Source: a virus
Direction: 5' to 3' (one strand)
Length of the DNA: 64,000 nt
IMG/VR virus record: IMGVR_UViG_3300020182_000023
Location: 1 to 64,000 of that record
Part shown: positions 51,144 through 60,392 of the stretch, one piece after another
Numbering within the stretch: position 1 is the first letter of the stretch
Layout of the letters: each line of letters begins with the position of its first letter
Program-made: the position numbers and the translations under genes
The notes under the pieces: model-generated
What the model was told of the DNA's origin: nothing
What the model saw: the letters and a program-made list of their open reading frames with translations, nothing else
The model's database searches: none

Positions 51144-51334
51144 TAGTGAGTTTACAGAGAAAAGAAAGAAAGTAATTGAACATTTAATAAAAGAAAGATG
51201 AACTACGATGATTACAAGCTATCTAATCCTTACGATGACGAGGATGTATTTGGAAATACAATTGATAGTGAAGAAGAGGAAAACGAAGCTGCTGATAGAG
51301 CAGATGATTATAATGATGAATTAAAACTAGAAGA

Positions 51335-51406
51335 ATGAAAAATATATACAAAGCATTAGCTGATTTTCAGCAAGAAGTCAAGTATAACATACCAGTTTTT
51401 ATATAA
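51335..51406 (+). pseudogene. Orphan ERF-family N-terminus
   Basis: MKNIYKALADFQQEV resembles an ERF start and the downstream MKNLAKAV. Confidence 0.6.
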
Positions 51407-51425
51407 TACTACTTACATTTGTTGT

Positions 51426-51533
51426 ATGGAAAAATGGAAAAATATAAAAAATTTTGAAGGTATTTATAAGGTTTCAAATAAAGGTAATGTAAAAAGCCTA
51501 AAAAGAAAGAGAATTATTTTTATTAAACATTAA
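51426..51533 (+). pseudogene. Truncated NUMOD4-HNH endonuclease
   Basis: MEKWKNIKNFEGIYKVSNKGNVKSL then premature end; compare 52146. Confidence 0.75.
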
Positions 51534-51541
51534 ACAAAAAA

Positions 51542-52144
51542 ATGAAGAATTTAGCTAAAGCGGTACTAGCCGTAATGAAAGACGTTAAGGGCGTTGAAAA
51601 GAGTATGACTGTTGGTAGCGGAAACTACTCTTATAAAGGGGTATCGGACTACGAGGTAAAGAAGATTTACAATAAGTCTATGGCGGCTAATGGGCTGTGT
51701 ATTTTGCCTATTGGAATAGTAGACGATGTAGATATTAATAGATATGAAGACCAATACGGTAAGCAGAAAATGAATGTGTTTACTAGGGTTACTTCTACAT
51801 ATCTTTTACTACACGAAAGCGGGGAATCTCAAGAGTTGGTAGGTTACGGTCACGGAGTAGATACGGGAGATAAAGCAGCGGGAAAGGCTACTACATACGC
51901 AATGAAGTACGCTTTATTATACACATTTATGACTCCTACGGGCGCAATAGATGATTCCGATACAACCCATTCAAATGACCACGAAGCACCCGTTGTTGCA
52001 CCTAAGAAAGAAGCGTTAACAGAATCTCACCCACGCTATGAAGGGGCAAAGAAAGCGTTAAGCGAAGGTAAAACTACATTAGAAGTAATTAAACAAACAT
52101 TCACCGTAAGTAAAGCGGTAGAAAAACTATTAACAAGTAAATAA
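51542..52144 (+). CDS. ERF-family ssDNA annealing protein
   Basis: LLHESGE, D.GDKA.GKA.TYAMKY.L..DD.D. Confidence 0.85.
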   Translation: MKNLAKAVLAVMKDVKGVEKSMTVGSGNYSYKGVSDYEVKKIYNKSMAANGLCILPIGIVDDVDINRYEDQYGKQKMNVFTRVTSTYLLLHESGESQELVGYGHGVDTGDKAAGKATTYAMKYALLYTFMTPTGAIDDSDTTHSNDHEAPVVAPKKEALTESHPRYEGAKKALSEGKTTLEVIKQTFTVSKAVEKLLTSK

Positions 52145-52145
52145 A

Positions 52146-52679
52146 ATGGAAGAATGGAGGGATGTTTCGGGGTATGATGGCAGGTATCAAGTTAGTAATT
52201 TAGGTAGAGTAAAGAGTCTTGATATGATTATAAATAATAGGCATAATAGTACATCTAAAAAGAAAGGAAGGATATTAAAACAGCAACCTAACAAGAAGGG
52301 TTATCTTCAGGTAAGATTATGCTACAAAAAAACACATAAAAGCTGTAGGGTGCATAGATTAATTACTGAAGCTTTTATCCCTAATCCAGAGAATAAGCCT
52401 CAAGTAAACCATATAAATGGAGTTAAGGATGATAATAGGGTTGAAAATTTAGAATGGTGTACAAATAAGGAAAATCAAATACACGCAACAAAAAATGGGC
52501 TATTTAATCCTAATTTTGGAGAAGAGCATCATATGTCTAAGTTGACAAATAATCAAGCCAAGCACATTAGGCTACTTAAATCAAGAGGTTTTACGCTAAA
52601 TAAATTATCTAAAAAATACAAACTGTCAATGACAGCGATAAGCAACATAGTAAATAATAAAACTTATATAAATATCTAA
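52146..52679 (+). CDS. NUMOD4-HNH homing endonuclease
   Basis: EEWRDV.GY.G.YQVSNLGRVKS; VHRL..AFIPNP..VNHING.K.DNRV.NLEW. Confidence 0.9.
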   Translation: MEEWRDVSGYDGRYQVSNLGRVKSLDMIINNRHNSTSKKKGRILKQQPNKKGYLQVRLCYKKTHKSCRVHRLITEAFIPNPENKPQVNHINGVKDDNRVENLEWCTNKENQIHATKNGLFNPNFGEEHHMSKLTNNQAKHIRLLKSRGFTLNKLSKKYKLSMTAISNIVNNKTYINI

Positions 52680-52698
52680 CAAGTAAATAATAAATAAG

Positions 52699-53070
52699 AT
52701 GAGTGAATTAGTAATGAAGGGTACAATAGAGAAAATCGGAAGCCTTGAACAAATATCCGATAAGTTTAAGAAGGTTGATTGGGTGCTTGATACGGGTGGA
52801 GATTATCCGCAGAAAATAGCGTTCCAAACCATTCAAAAAAACGCCGACAGCTTCGTTAAGCATAATAAAGTTGGTGACGTAGTTGAAGTTAAGTTCAACG
52901 TAAAAGGCAGAAAATGGGTCAACCCACAAGGAGAGGCTAAGTATTTCAATACACTTGAGGCTTGGTTTATCTCAAAGGCTGATGGTCAAAGTGGAGCAAG
53001 TACGCCTAACAAGGAGTTCGAGAAGCAAACGGCAGCGCCAATAGCTGAGGATAATTCACTCCCATTTTAA
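52699..53070 (+). CDS. DUF3127-family single-stranded DNA-binding protein
   Basis: YPQ.I.F, V.V.FN..GR.W..YFN.L.AW, acidic LPF tail. Confidence 0.85.
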   Translation: MSELVMKGTIEKIGSLEQISDKFKKVDWVLDTGGDYPQKIAFQTIQKNADSFVKHNKVGDVVEVKFNVKGRKWVNPQGEAKYFNTLEAWFISKADGQSGASTPNKEFEKQTAAPIAEDNSLPF

Positions 53071-53163
53071 TCTATGATTAACAATTACACAAGCAAAGCA
53101 GAGGAGGTTCTAATTGAGCCTTCTTCTGCATTGTCTTTAGCTGTTTAAAATATATTTAAAATT

Positions 53164-53343
53164 ATGAAAGAAGAAATAGAAAGTAAACTATCCCCGCAAC
53201 AGATGGTAGTAATAGACTCTTTAAGAGAGCAATTAGGAGATGACACAGTTAATATACTCCTAGAGTTTGGTTATGAAATAGGTAAGGCAGATGGAGTAGA
53301 GATGTTCTTTCAGCAGACTAAAGATATTTTAAAGGAAGCATAA
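53164..53343 (+). CDS. Hypothetical protein (59 aa)
   Basis: Manual ORF MKEEIESKLS..; stop is the TAA of TAAC. Confidence 0.6.
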   Translation: MKEEIESKLSPQQMVVIDSLREQLGDDTVNILLEFGYEIGKADGVEMFFQQTKDILKEA

Positions 53344-53441
53344 CGTTGAGTATAAACGGTCGTTACGGATGTGTAGATATGTTTCACAACGTTTAGAGTA
53401 AAAACTGCATAGCGTAGCGGAGTTGTTTTTAAACTTTGTTA
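53341..53441 (+). repeat. Two adjacent attC-like sites (truncated 53341-53365; fuller 53387-53441)
   Basis: TAACGTTGAGT start shared with 46560; CAAC..AGAGTAAAAAC..GCGTAGC..GTTTTT..ACTTT-GTTA. Confidence 0.6.
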
Positions 53442-53463
53442 TGCGTTGCGTAAAATTAAGATT

Positions 53464-53691
53464 ATGACACCAAAAGAAAAAGCAAAAGAATTACAGAATA
53501 AACACCTTTACTGCTATTTAAACCCTGCTTACCCATTACACGATAGATTTGATGTTATTCAAGCGTCTGAGCAAGCATTGGTAACAGTAAATGAAATACT
53601 TGAAAGTTTTTTAATAGATATTCCAGACCACCAATTTAAGTTTTGGGAAGAAGTTAAGAGCGAATTAAACACCATAATATTAGGAGAATGA
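53464..53691 (+). CDS. Hypothetical protein (MTPKEKA family)
   Basis: MTPKEKAKEL..AL..V.EI..FW.EVK.E pattern common in Bacteroidota phages. Confidence 0.7.
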   Translation: MTPKEKAKELQNKHLYCYLNPAYPLHDRFDVIQASEQALVTVNEILESFLIDIPDHQFKFWEEVKSELNTIILGE

Positions 53692-53935
53692 AAACACCAC
53701 TACAGGAATTAATGGAGTATATGGAGCAAAACCAATATTTCATAGGAATGATTTATTGGCTAAGTATAATGAACTTATTGAAAAAGAGAAACAAGAGTTT
53801 ATAAGTTGTTATATTAGAGCTATGACAAAAGAATATCTAAACCCTATGCCGAGAAAATATTATTATGAAGTTGCCGAAGATTATTATTATACTTTTATTA
53901 ACCCATTAGGCAAAAATGAGAAATCCTATAAATAG
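53688..53935 (+). pseudogene. Frameshifted small gene
   Basis: MKTPLQELMEY..FIG continues in another frame as DLLAKYNELIEKEKQ..AEDYY. Confidence 0.5.
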
Positions 53936-53970
53936 CCACTAAACGGTAATTAGTGGCAAAATATAGAACT

Positions 53971-54099
53971 ATGAAAAAGAAACTAATTGAGATACCCGAA
54001 GAAGTATTTAATCAAATAGAATTATCCGCAAAAAAGAATGTAAGGAGTGTAAATAAAGAGATAGTGTTTCTTCTTACGAGTGCGGTGGGTAAAAAATAA
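53971..54099 (+). CDS. Arc-like ribbon-helix-helix protein (42 aa)
   Basis: Manual: MKKKLIEIPEEVFNQIELSAKKNVRSVNKEIVFLL; P.E..A..N.RS.N.EI pattern. Confidence 0.75.
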   Translation: MKKKLIEIPEEVFNQIELSAKKNVRSVNKEIVFLLTSAVGKK

Positions 54100-54106
54100 T
54101 TGCATA

Positions 54107-54160
54107 TAACACCAAGCTAAGAAACGTAAAGCGAAGCGTATGTTTCCTTAGCGACTGTTA
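54107..54160 (+). repeat. attC-like palindrome, short type
   Basis: TAAC-ACCAA-GCTAAG-AAAC..GCGAAGC..GTTT-C-CTTAGC-GACT-GTTA. Confidence 0.75.
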
Positions 54161-54203
54161 ACGCACGTTTTAATGTGCGGAATATTAAAAACTTAAAAAT
54201 ACA

Positions 54204-54407
54204 ATGGAACAAATAACAGAAGAAGAAAGAGATTTATTATTTAACACTTGGACTAGTAGAGATAAAGTTTCATTTCTTAATGACATAATTCTTAACTCTA
54301 ATGAGCCTATTGCAACAGAGAGATTATTGTATGAGGTAGCTCAGAATATATGGGAGAACTGCATAGACAGAAAGTTAGATTTAATGAGTAAAAATGAAAT
54401 AGTATGA
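54204..54407 (+). CDS. Hypothetical protein
   Basis: ORF track. Confidence 0.55.
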   Translation: MEQITEEERDLLFNTWTSRDKVSFLNDIILNSNEPIATERLLYEVAQNIWENCIDRKLDLMSKNEIV

Positions 54408-54856
54408 TTAGTTCAAATGATTGGTTCGAGGTTATTAATACACCTAAGTCGCTATCTCCATTCGAGCAAGTGCTACTTAAAATTGGAGTCGAGGCGGAAA
54501 GAGTAAATGCAAAAAAAGATTACCTAGAACTAAAGGATAGGCTTCTTTTTTACTTTGAAAATCATCACCATATAGATAGAGATAAGCTATTGACTAAAAC
54601 TAAGACTAGAAAGGCGGAGATTGTAGAAACTAGGCAAATGATAATGCACTGCTTGAGACTTAATACAAACGCTTCATTAAGAATTATAGGCGATTTATTT
54701 GATAAAGACCACTCTACATCATCCCACTCGGTTAAGGTTATAAATAATTTATTAGAGATAGACCCCGTATTAAGGATTAAGTATTGTGATATGCTTAAAC
54801 ATTGTGGAATGGAAACTAAAGCTAGCAGATTAGTAAAAAAATACAATAGAAAATGA
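54404..54856 (+). CDS. DnaA C-terminal HTH domain protein
   Basis: RK.EIVE.RQ..M..SL..IG..F.KDHST. Confidence 0.8.
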   Translation: MISSNDWFEVINTPKSLSPFEQVLLKIGVEAERVNAKKDYLELKDRLLFYFENHHHIDRDKLLTKTKTRKAEIVETRQMIMHCLRLNTNASLRIIGDLFDKDHSTSSHSVKVINNLLEIDPVLRIKYCDMLKHCGMETKASRLVKKYNRK

Positions 54857-55302
54857 ATTACGAATTAACATTAACGACACACGAAAAGAGAACTGCGGAA
54901 CTCTTTGGAGATATAGATACCCTAGAACTTCATACCGTTCCTATTGAAACGTTAGAGGCTATGAAGAACCATTACCTTGTATCACTATCATATTTAGGGG
55001 AACTCAAAACCACTAGGGGAAATGCTTTAAACGAATCTAAAACAGCCTTAAAAATAATCCTAACCGAAAAGAAAATAGAACACTTAAAGGACTTAACGGG
55101 TTCTGATAAAGCTAGAATAGCTACGTTATACGCAGAAAGAGATTGCGAGACAGAAATTAAAGGCATAGCTATACTAGAAAACGAATACAAAGAAGTAAGC
55201 AATAGGTATTCTGTATATGATACTATTATACGCTCTCTTACGCAGACAATAAGCGTAGTTAAGAATGAAATACAATCACAGCAATTTATAAAAGGGAAAT
55301 AA
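54853..55302 (+). CDS. Helical coiled-coil protein
   Basis: ORF in the recombination cluster. Confidence 0.55.
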   Translation: MNYELTLTTHEKRTAELFGDIDTLELHTVPIETLEAMKNHYLVSLSYLGELKTTRGNALNESKTALKIILTEKKIEHLKDLTGSDKARIATLYAERDCETEIKGIAILENEYKEVSNRYSVYDTIIRSLTQTISVVKNEIQSQQFIKGK

Positions 55303-55306
55303 GATT

Positions 55307-55675
55307 ATGGATTTTATAGGTAAGTATTGGTTAGATTACTATAAAATAAGACACTCTAAGCCATTTTATAACGGCTCTTTAAAGGTGGGTTATCCAATAA
55401 ACATAAAAGACATAATAAACAGCGACCTAAAACGGGTTATTCCAGAATCATTAGGAATATACCACTTATTTAAAGATGGTGAGTTAGTTTATATAGGTAT
55501 GAGTAAGTGTATAAAAAAAAGAATATCAGAACATTACGATAATAATGACATTGACTTTAATGAGGTATTATGGTTCTGCGCTGAAATTGCAAATAAAAAC
55601 ATAAAAGATATATTTAGAATAGAGAGGCTAATGATTATAAAGCATAAACCTAAATTTAATACAGCATACCTATAA
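55307..55675 (+). CDS. GIY-YIG nuclease domain protein
   Basis: GIY..VYIGMS..KRI.EH..E..I..KP.FN. Confidence 0.85.
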   Translation: MDFIGKYWLDYYKIRHSKPFYNGSLKVGYPINIKDIINSDLKRVIPESLGIYHLFKDGELVYIGMSKCIKKRISEHYDNNDIDFNEVLWFCAEIANKNIKDIFRIERLMIIKHKPKFNTAYL

Positions 55676-56022
55676 TGATTCCCGCCACAGAAAGAGAATA
55701 TAACTACTTCAAACGCAACGGACATTGCTTTGATTTAGGCTCATTAGCATACAATGAACTAACAACCGAAGGTAAGATACCAAAGAAAGCTAAAGACCCG
55801 TCAAAAGGCTTGGAATACGCTAAAGACTCACTCGTAGAGGTATATGAGATAGATAAAGAATTAGCCAACGAACAAATGACTAAATACTGGCAAGACAGAA
55901 TAGATAATATAGATGAATTAGTTAACAGAGCGATTAAGTTAAAAGGGAGTAGCGTGTTAAGGGATGCTGTATTTATCTATTTCAAGCGATATATAGTTAA
56001 TGAATATTTTAAAACATTATAA
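55675..56022 (+). CDS. Hypothetical protein
   Basis: ORF track. Confidence 0.6.
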   Translation: MIPATEREYNYFKRNGHCFDLGSLAYNELTTEGKIPKKAKDPSKGLEYAKDSLVEVYEIDKELANEQMTKYWQDRIDNIDELVNRAIKLKGSSVLRDAVFIYFKRYIVNEYFKTL

Positions 56023-56300
56023 TGAAATCAGATAACGACTTATTTAAAATAGGGGCTAGATTAGCTCTACACGGACAAAGCTTCATAGAAGTGTTAGATG
56101 ATATAAAAGGCACTAAGCTGTACAATAAGAAGCCTAAGATGCTACTCAATCAGTTAATGAAAGAGTTAGAGAAGGATGTAAGTATAAGTGGTGTATTTAC
56201 AGAAGGTCAAGATGTAATTACTAATTTATCACAAAAGATTGATAAAATAGTTGATAAGGAATTAGATGACACTATATTTGAGTTGAAGGATGGTAAGTAA
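56022..56300 (+). CDS. Hypothetical protein
   Basis: ORF track. Confidence 0.6.
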   Translation: MKSDNDLFKIGARLALHGQSFIEVLDDIKGTKLYNKKPKMLLNQLMKELEKDVSISGVFTEGQDVITNLSQKIDKIVDKELDDTIFELKDGK

Positions 56301-56715
56301 AAAGAAACCCTGTAAAGACCCTAACAACACAGAAGAGGGTAAGATGTGTTATTACTTTACTAAAAAATTTGGTTGTGCCTCGTGCAGCGCTAAATACAAG
56401 CCTAAGACAAAAACTAAGAAGGTAAAACAGAAGATTAAGCAAGTTAGTTCTAAAAGAGCTAGGATGAATCAGGCTTATTCTGTTATGAGAAAGTTGTTTT
56501 TAAAGGATAAGACTTGTGAATTTCCTAGTTGTTCCCGCAAACACACAGAGGATAATCAACTAACCATACACCACAAGAGAGGAAGAAACGGAGAAAGATT
56601 ACTAGATACAACCTATTGGATGGCTGTATGTATGGAACATCATAAATACATAGAAGAACACCGAGAAGAAAGTTTCAAGAAGGGTTGGTTAATAAATAGA
56701 AATAAAGAGATATGA
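56290..56715 (+). CDS. Zn-binding HNH-like nuclease
   Basis: CE..C..IHHKRGR..W.AVC..HH..I. Confidence 0.7.
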   Translation: MVSKKKPCKDPNNTEEGKMCYYFTKKFGCASCSAKYKPKTKTKKVKQKIKQVSSKRARMNQAYSVMRKLFLKDKTCEFPSCSRKHTEDNQLTIHHKRGRNGERLLDTTYWMAVCMEHHKYIEEHREESFKKGWLINRNKEI

Positions 56716-56768
56716 CATATAGTTTCAGTAGAATAAGTTCGTTTCATAATTGCCCTAGTGGATGGTTT
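56712..56768 (+). pseudogene. Orphan N-terminus of a PD-(D/E)XK exonuclease
   Basis: MTYSFSRISSFHNCPSGWF is the typical S.S....CP start of this family. Confidence 0.65.
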
Positions 56769-56777
56769 ATTTTTATT

Positions 56778-56870
56778 TATATTTGTATAGTAGAGTTACG
56801 GCTACTTTTAAATATTTTTACAAAGCCCTGTCAAGAGTAGAGTCCGTAACCTCGAAATTGATGGGGTTTA
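56778..56870 (+). promoter_or_regulatory. Promoter + kissing-loop 5' leader (copy 3)
   Basis: TATATTTG; AGTAG-AGTTACGG-CTACT; GAG-TCCGTAAC-CTC inside a 12-bp stem with 3 G:U. Confidence 0.7.
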
Positions 56871-56875
56871 TTTTT

Positions 56876-57661
56876 ATGCAAGAGTTTACAAAAGAAGAAT
56901 TAAAAAACGAAGAGTGGAGAGATGTAGTTGGATACGAAGGATTGTATCTGGTTAGTGATTTAGGGAGAGTAAAAAGCAGTTACATTGTTAGTAGGGCTAA
57001 AGATGGAATCATTAAAATGGGGAGCGATAAGAATGGGTATTGCAGTTTCGCTTTATGGAAAGACAAATCACAAATTACCAAGAATGGACATCGTGTAGTC
57101 GCTAAAGCATTTTTACCTAATCCAAAAAACAAACCGTGCGTGAATCATATAGATGGTGATAAAAGGAATAATCGAACAACCAACCTAGAATGGGTTACAT
57201 ATAAAGAAAATTCCCGACACGCGATTGAAACTGGTCTGTATAGACACCCTGAAATGAAGAAGGGGTACGACTCGCCACACAGTAAAGAGGTGTATCAGCT
57301 TACGGTAGAGGGTGTTTTTATAAAAGCGTTTGGTTCATCTATCGAGGCGGCTATAAGTTTATTTGGAGATATTAATAGAGGCTCTATTATACGCAAATGC
57401 TGTAGAGATAAATCAAGTTCTTATAAGGGTTTTCTATGGAGATACCCTAAAGACGTTAATAAAGATGCGATTTCAAAACATAAAAGAATAATACAACAGT
57501 TTTCTTTAGAGGGGATTCTTATTAAAGAGTATACTGGTACTAGTGCAGCCCAAAAAGCCACTGGAGTCTTGGCTACTGGTATAGGGAACAATGCAAACGG
57601 GAGGACAAATACCGCTGGGGGGTTTGTCTGGAAATATAAATATGATTACAATTCAATATGA
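56876..57661 (+). CDS. NUMOD4-HNH-NUMOD1 homing endonuclease
   Basis: EEWRDV.GYEG.Y; HRVVA.AF.PNP..VNHIDG; two NUMOD1-like repeats; start moved to MQEF. Confidence 0.9.
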   Translation: MQEFTKEELKNEEWRDVVGYEGLYLVSDLGRVKSSYIVSRAKDGIIKMGSDKNGYCSFALWKDKSQITKNGHRVVAKAFLPNPKNKPCVNHIDGDKRNNRTTNLEWVTYKENSRHAIETGLYRHPEMKKGYDSPHSKEVYQLTVEGVFIKAFGSSIEAAISLFGDINRGSIIRKCCRDKSSSYKGFLWRYPKDVNKDAISKHKRIIQQFSLEGILIKEYTGTSAAQKATGVLATGIGNNANGRTNTAGGFVWKYKYDYNSI

Positions 57662-58527
57662 AAGAAACAATATATTCTTGGAGTAGGGTTAACTATACTT
57701 GTTTAGCCGCTTGGTATCAAAATTATGTACTAGAAAAGAAGGGTGAGGACAACATCTGGAATGTCGGAGGTTTATTCGAGCATAACCTAATGGAACACGC
57801 AGCTAAAGGCGCAATGACACAAGAGGATTGCCTAGAAGCTGTTAAGAATACTTGGTACGATGCTGTTGATGGATTAGACAACCCATTTGGGTACTACGGT
57901 AAAGAAGGTAATTACATTGAAGCCGCTGAACATTACTACAACAAAACACTTCCGTTCTTCACTAAGGAGAATACTAATTGGTTATTAGGTAAAACAGTTT
58001 CAGTAGAAGAGCATTTAGAATTTACCCTTCCTTCGGGCAAAAAATTTCAAGGCTTTGTAGATAGAGTAAGTGTTGATAGTGATGGAAAGAGCAACCTAGC
58101 CATCAGAGATTATAAAATAAGCAAACGCTTTACAAGAAAAAACGTAAAAGAAAAGGCTAGACAGCTATACATTTACGCTTATGGCTATCATCAGAAACAC
58201 GGAGTATATCCAGAGCAATTAGTTTTTGAGTTCTTTCAATTTTGGGACAAACCAAAGGTTATTAAGTTCAAGAAAACTGATATGGATGAGGCTATTGAGT
58301 TTGCTGAAAGTAGAATAAGAGAGATTGAAGGTAGATTAAAGGTAGAGAGAATGGGTATGAAGGGAATGTTTAACCCTGACTATAAAGAACTATTAGATGA
58401 TAACGGAGAGCGTAATATGTTCTGTAAGTCTGTCTGTGGGTATCGTAATGTCTGTCCTTTCATAGACGGAAACCACCTCAAAATGTTTAAAACAAAAGAG
58501 TTACAAGATATAGAAATAAAAAAATAG
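57658..58527 (+). CDS. Cas4/AddB-like PD-(D/E)XK exonuclease
   Basis: G..EH, E..L, G.VDR, DYK, QL.IY, C-terminal C..C..C plus N-terminal Cys. Confidence 0.85.
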   Translation: MKETIYSWSRVNYTCLAAWYQNYVLEKKGEDNIWNVGGLFEHNLMEHAAKGAMTQEDCLEAVKNTWYDAVDGLDNPFGYYGKEGNYIEAAEHYYNKTLPFFTKENTNWLLGKTVSVEEHLEFTLPSGKKFQGFVDRVSVDSDGKSNLAIRDYKISKRFTRKNVKEKARQLYIYAYGYHQKHGVYPEQLVFEFFQFWDKPKVIKFKKTDMDEAIEFAESRIREIEGRLKVERMGMKGMFNPDYKELLDDNGERNMFCKSVCGYRNVCPFIDGNHLKMFKTKELQDIEIKK

Positions 58528-58558
58528 AGTATATTCGTAAAAACTAAAATCAAATGTT

Positions 58559-59845
58559 ATGAGTAAGTGGTTTAAATATGACACTAAAATAGATAGACTT
58601 TTAGGTTTTGGTAGGTCTGATTGGAGTCAAATGGCAAGAGAAATACTAGGAGATGTAGAGTATAGTAAAGTAGATGCTCTAAGGAAGTATATTAAGAGGA
58701 GGAGTAAGAAAGAAACTGAAGTAACCAACACCTCAACAACTAAATCAAATGAATATTCAACACCGTTTCAATTATCCGCTTGGGATGAGGATGGTACTAT
58801 AATGGATATTGATAAATACTGTGAACATCACGGCTTACCAAGAGAAGATATTACTTCTTATAAGCTGATTACGCATAGTAAAAATCCCTTCTATAATACT
58901 GTATTTAAGGAGATTAAGGGTGTAATAGACGAATCATTTGATTTATCTGGAGCAATAGAGGATGCACTGACCTCGCTCAATATATCTGTTAGTAATAAGT
59001 TAAGCAGAACTCCTAGTAATAAAGTTGGAGATGAGGTTACTAGACTTATATATACAGATACCCATATAGCAATGGATACTGACAGCGAAGGAACATCAAT
59101 GTATCCTACCGTATGGAATAGAGAGTCTATATTAGAAACATTTGAATTAATGTGCGCTCATACCATAGCGAATAGAAACGGTACTACATTATATATAGAT
59201 GATTTAGGCGACTTTTTAGACGGATGGAATGGAGAGACGACACGGAAAAGTCATCCCCTTCCGCAGAATATGAATAACAAAGAAGCGTTTTCACTAGGAT
59301 TAGAAGTTAAAATGCTTATGCTTGAAAGACTAACCCCATACTTCAATGAAATAGTATGTACTAACGTATGCAACGATAATCACGCTGGAGATTTCGCTTC
59401 TATACTTAATCATTCTTTTATGATGTTAGCGCACTCTAAATATGAGAATGTAATTATAAGAAACTATAATAAGTTTATAGAGCATTACTATATAGGTAAA
59501 CACGCTATTGTTTTAACTCACGGTAAGGATAAGAAGTCTTTGAAGTTTGGTTTCAAGCCTAAGCTAGACCCTGTTCAAATAGAAAAGATTGAGGTTTACT
59601 TAAAGCATAATGAGCATGGCAGTGTACATAAAGAGGCAGAGTTTATAGAGTTTAGTAAGGGAGATTCGCATTTAATGCTTTTTGATTATTCTTCAGCGCA
59701 AGATTTTTTTTACTTCAATTACCCTGCAATATCGCCTAGCTCAGAATGGGTGCAAAGCAATTTTAAGAAAGGACAAAGAGGATTTGTAATTCAGTTATTT
59801 AATTCAGAAGAAATAAATAAAACTATAATACCAATATTATTATGA
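58559..59845 (+). CDS. Calcineurin-like metallophosphoesterase
   Basis: TDTH, LGDFLDG, NDNH, THG, GDSH. Confidence 0.8.
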   Translation: MSKWFKYDTKIDRLLGFGRSDWSQMAREILGDVEYSKVDALRKYIKRRSKKETEVTNTSTTKSNEYSTPFQLSAWDEDGTIMDIDKYCEHHGLPREDITSYKLITHSKNPFYNTVFKEIKGVIDESFDLSGAIEDALTSLNISVSNKLSRTPSNKVGDEVTRLIYTDTHIAMDTDSEGTSMYPTVWNRESILETFELMCAHTIANRNGTTLYIDDLGDFLDGWNGETTRKSHPLPQNMNNKEAFSLGLEVKMLMLERLTPYFNEIVCTNVCNDNHAGDFASILNHSFMMLAHSKYENVIIRNYNKFIEHYYIGKHAIVLTHGKDKKSLKFGFKPKLDPVQIEKIEVYLKHNEHGSVHKEAEFIEFSKGDSHLMLFDYSSAQDFFYFNYPAISPSSEWVQSNFKKGQRGFVIQLFNSEEINKTIIPILL

Positions 59846-60131
59846 AGCAGTGTAGTAAATGTAAGGAGGTTAAAAGTATTATACTAAAAATGATAGAGAT
59901 TATTACACTAAAATAAAAAGACAATGAAGAAATACACAGCAGAAGTAGCAACGGGAATACTAATGATTATTATGTTTGCAATTATATTTTTAGGATTATG
60001 AAAGAAAAATTTATTATAGCAAATATTGCCTAATGGAGTAATACCGCACTCTAAGTATAGACCTGATAATAAATAACCCCCCTTTTATATTGCGGAAATT
60101 AAATACAGAAAAGAACATAATATTAAAACAG

Positions 60132-60392
60132 ATGAGTAAAGACCCAAACGTAGAAAGCGTAATAGAGCTTATTAAAGCTCGTTCTGAGAAAGGATTAAAG
60201 GAATACGGTACTGACACCACCAGACAAGATTATAACGCCTTAGATTGGCTTAATGAAGCTCAAGCAGAGGCATTAGATTTAGCCATTTACTTAGAGGTAA
60301 TAAAGAAAGACTATGTTAAGTTTAAGGAGTTGATTAAGTCTACGCCTAATGATAAGATTTTGGGCGGTAAGATAAGGAAGATATATGGGTGA
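60132..60392 (+). CDS. Small all-alpha (MazG-like) phage protein
   Basis: RS.KG..EYG..R.D..DWL..AQ.E..D...Y; start moved to ATG 60132. Confidence 0.6.
   Translation: MSKDPNVESVIELIKARSEKGLKEYGTDTTRQDYNALDWLNEAQAEALDLAIYLEVIKKDYVKFKELIKSTPNDKILGGKIRKIYG

Noticed and set aside
36996-54160. CRISPR array or plain terminators as the explanation for the palindromes
   Set aside because: Repeats are dispersed, variable and separated by whole genes; they lack U-runs and have AAC/GTT ends; the Cas4-like gene is a standalone phage exonuclease
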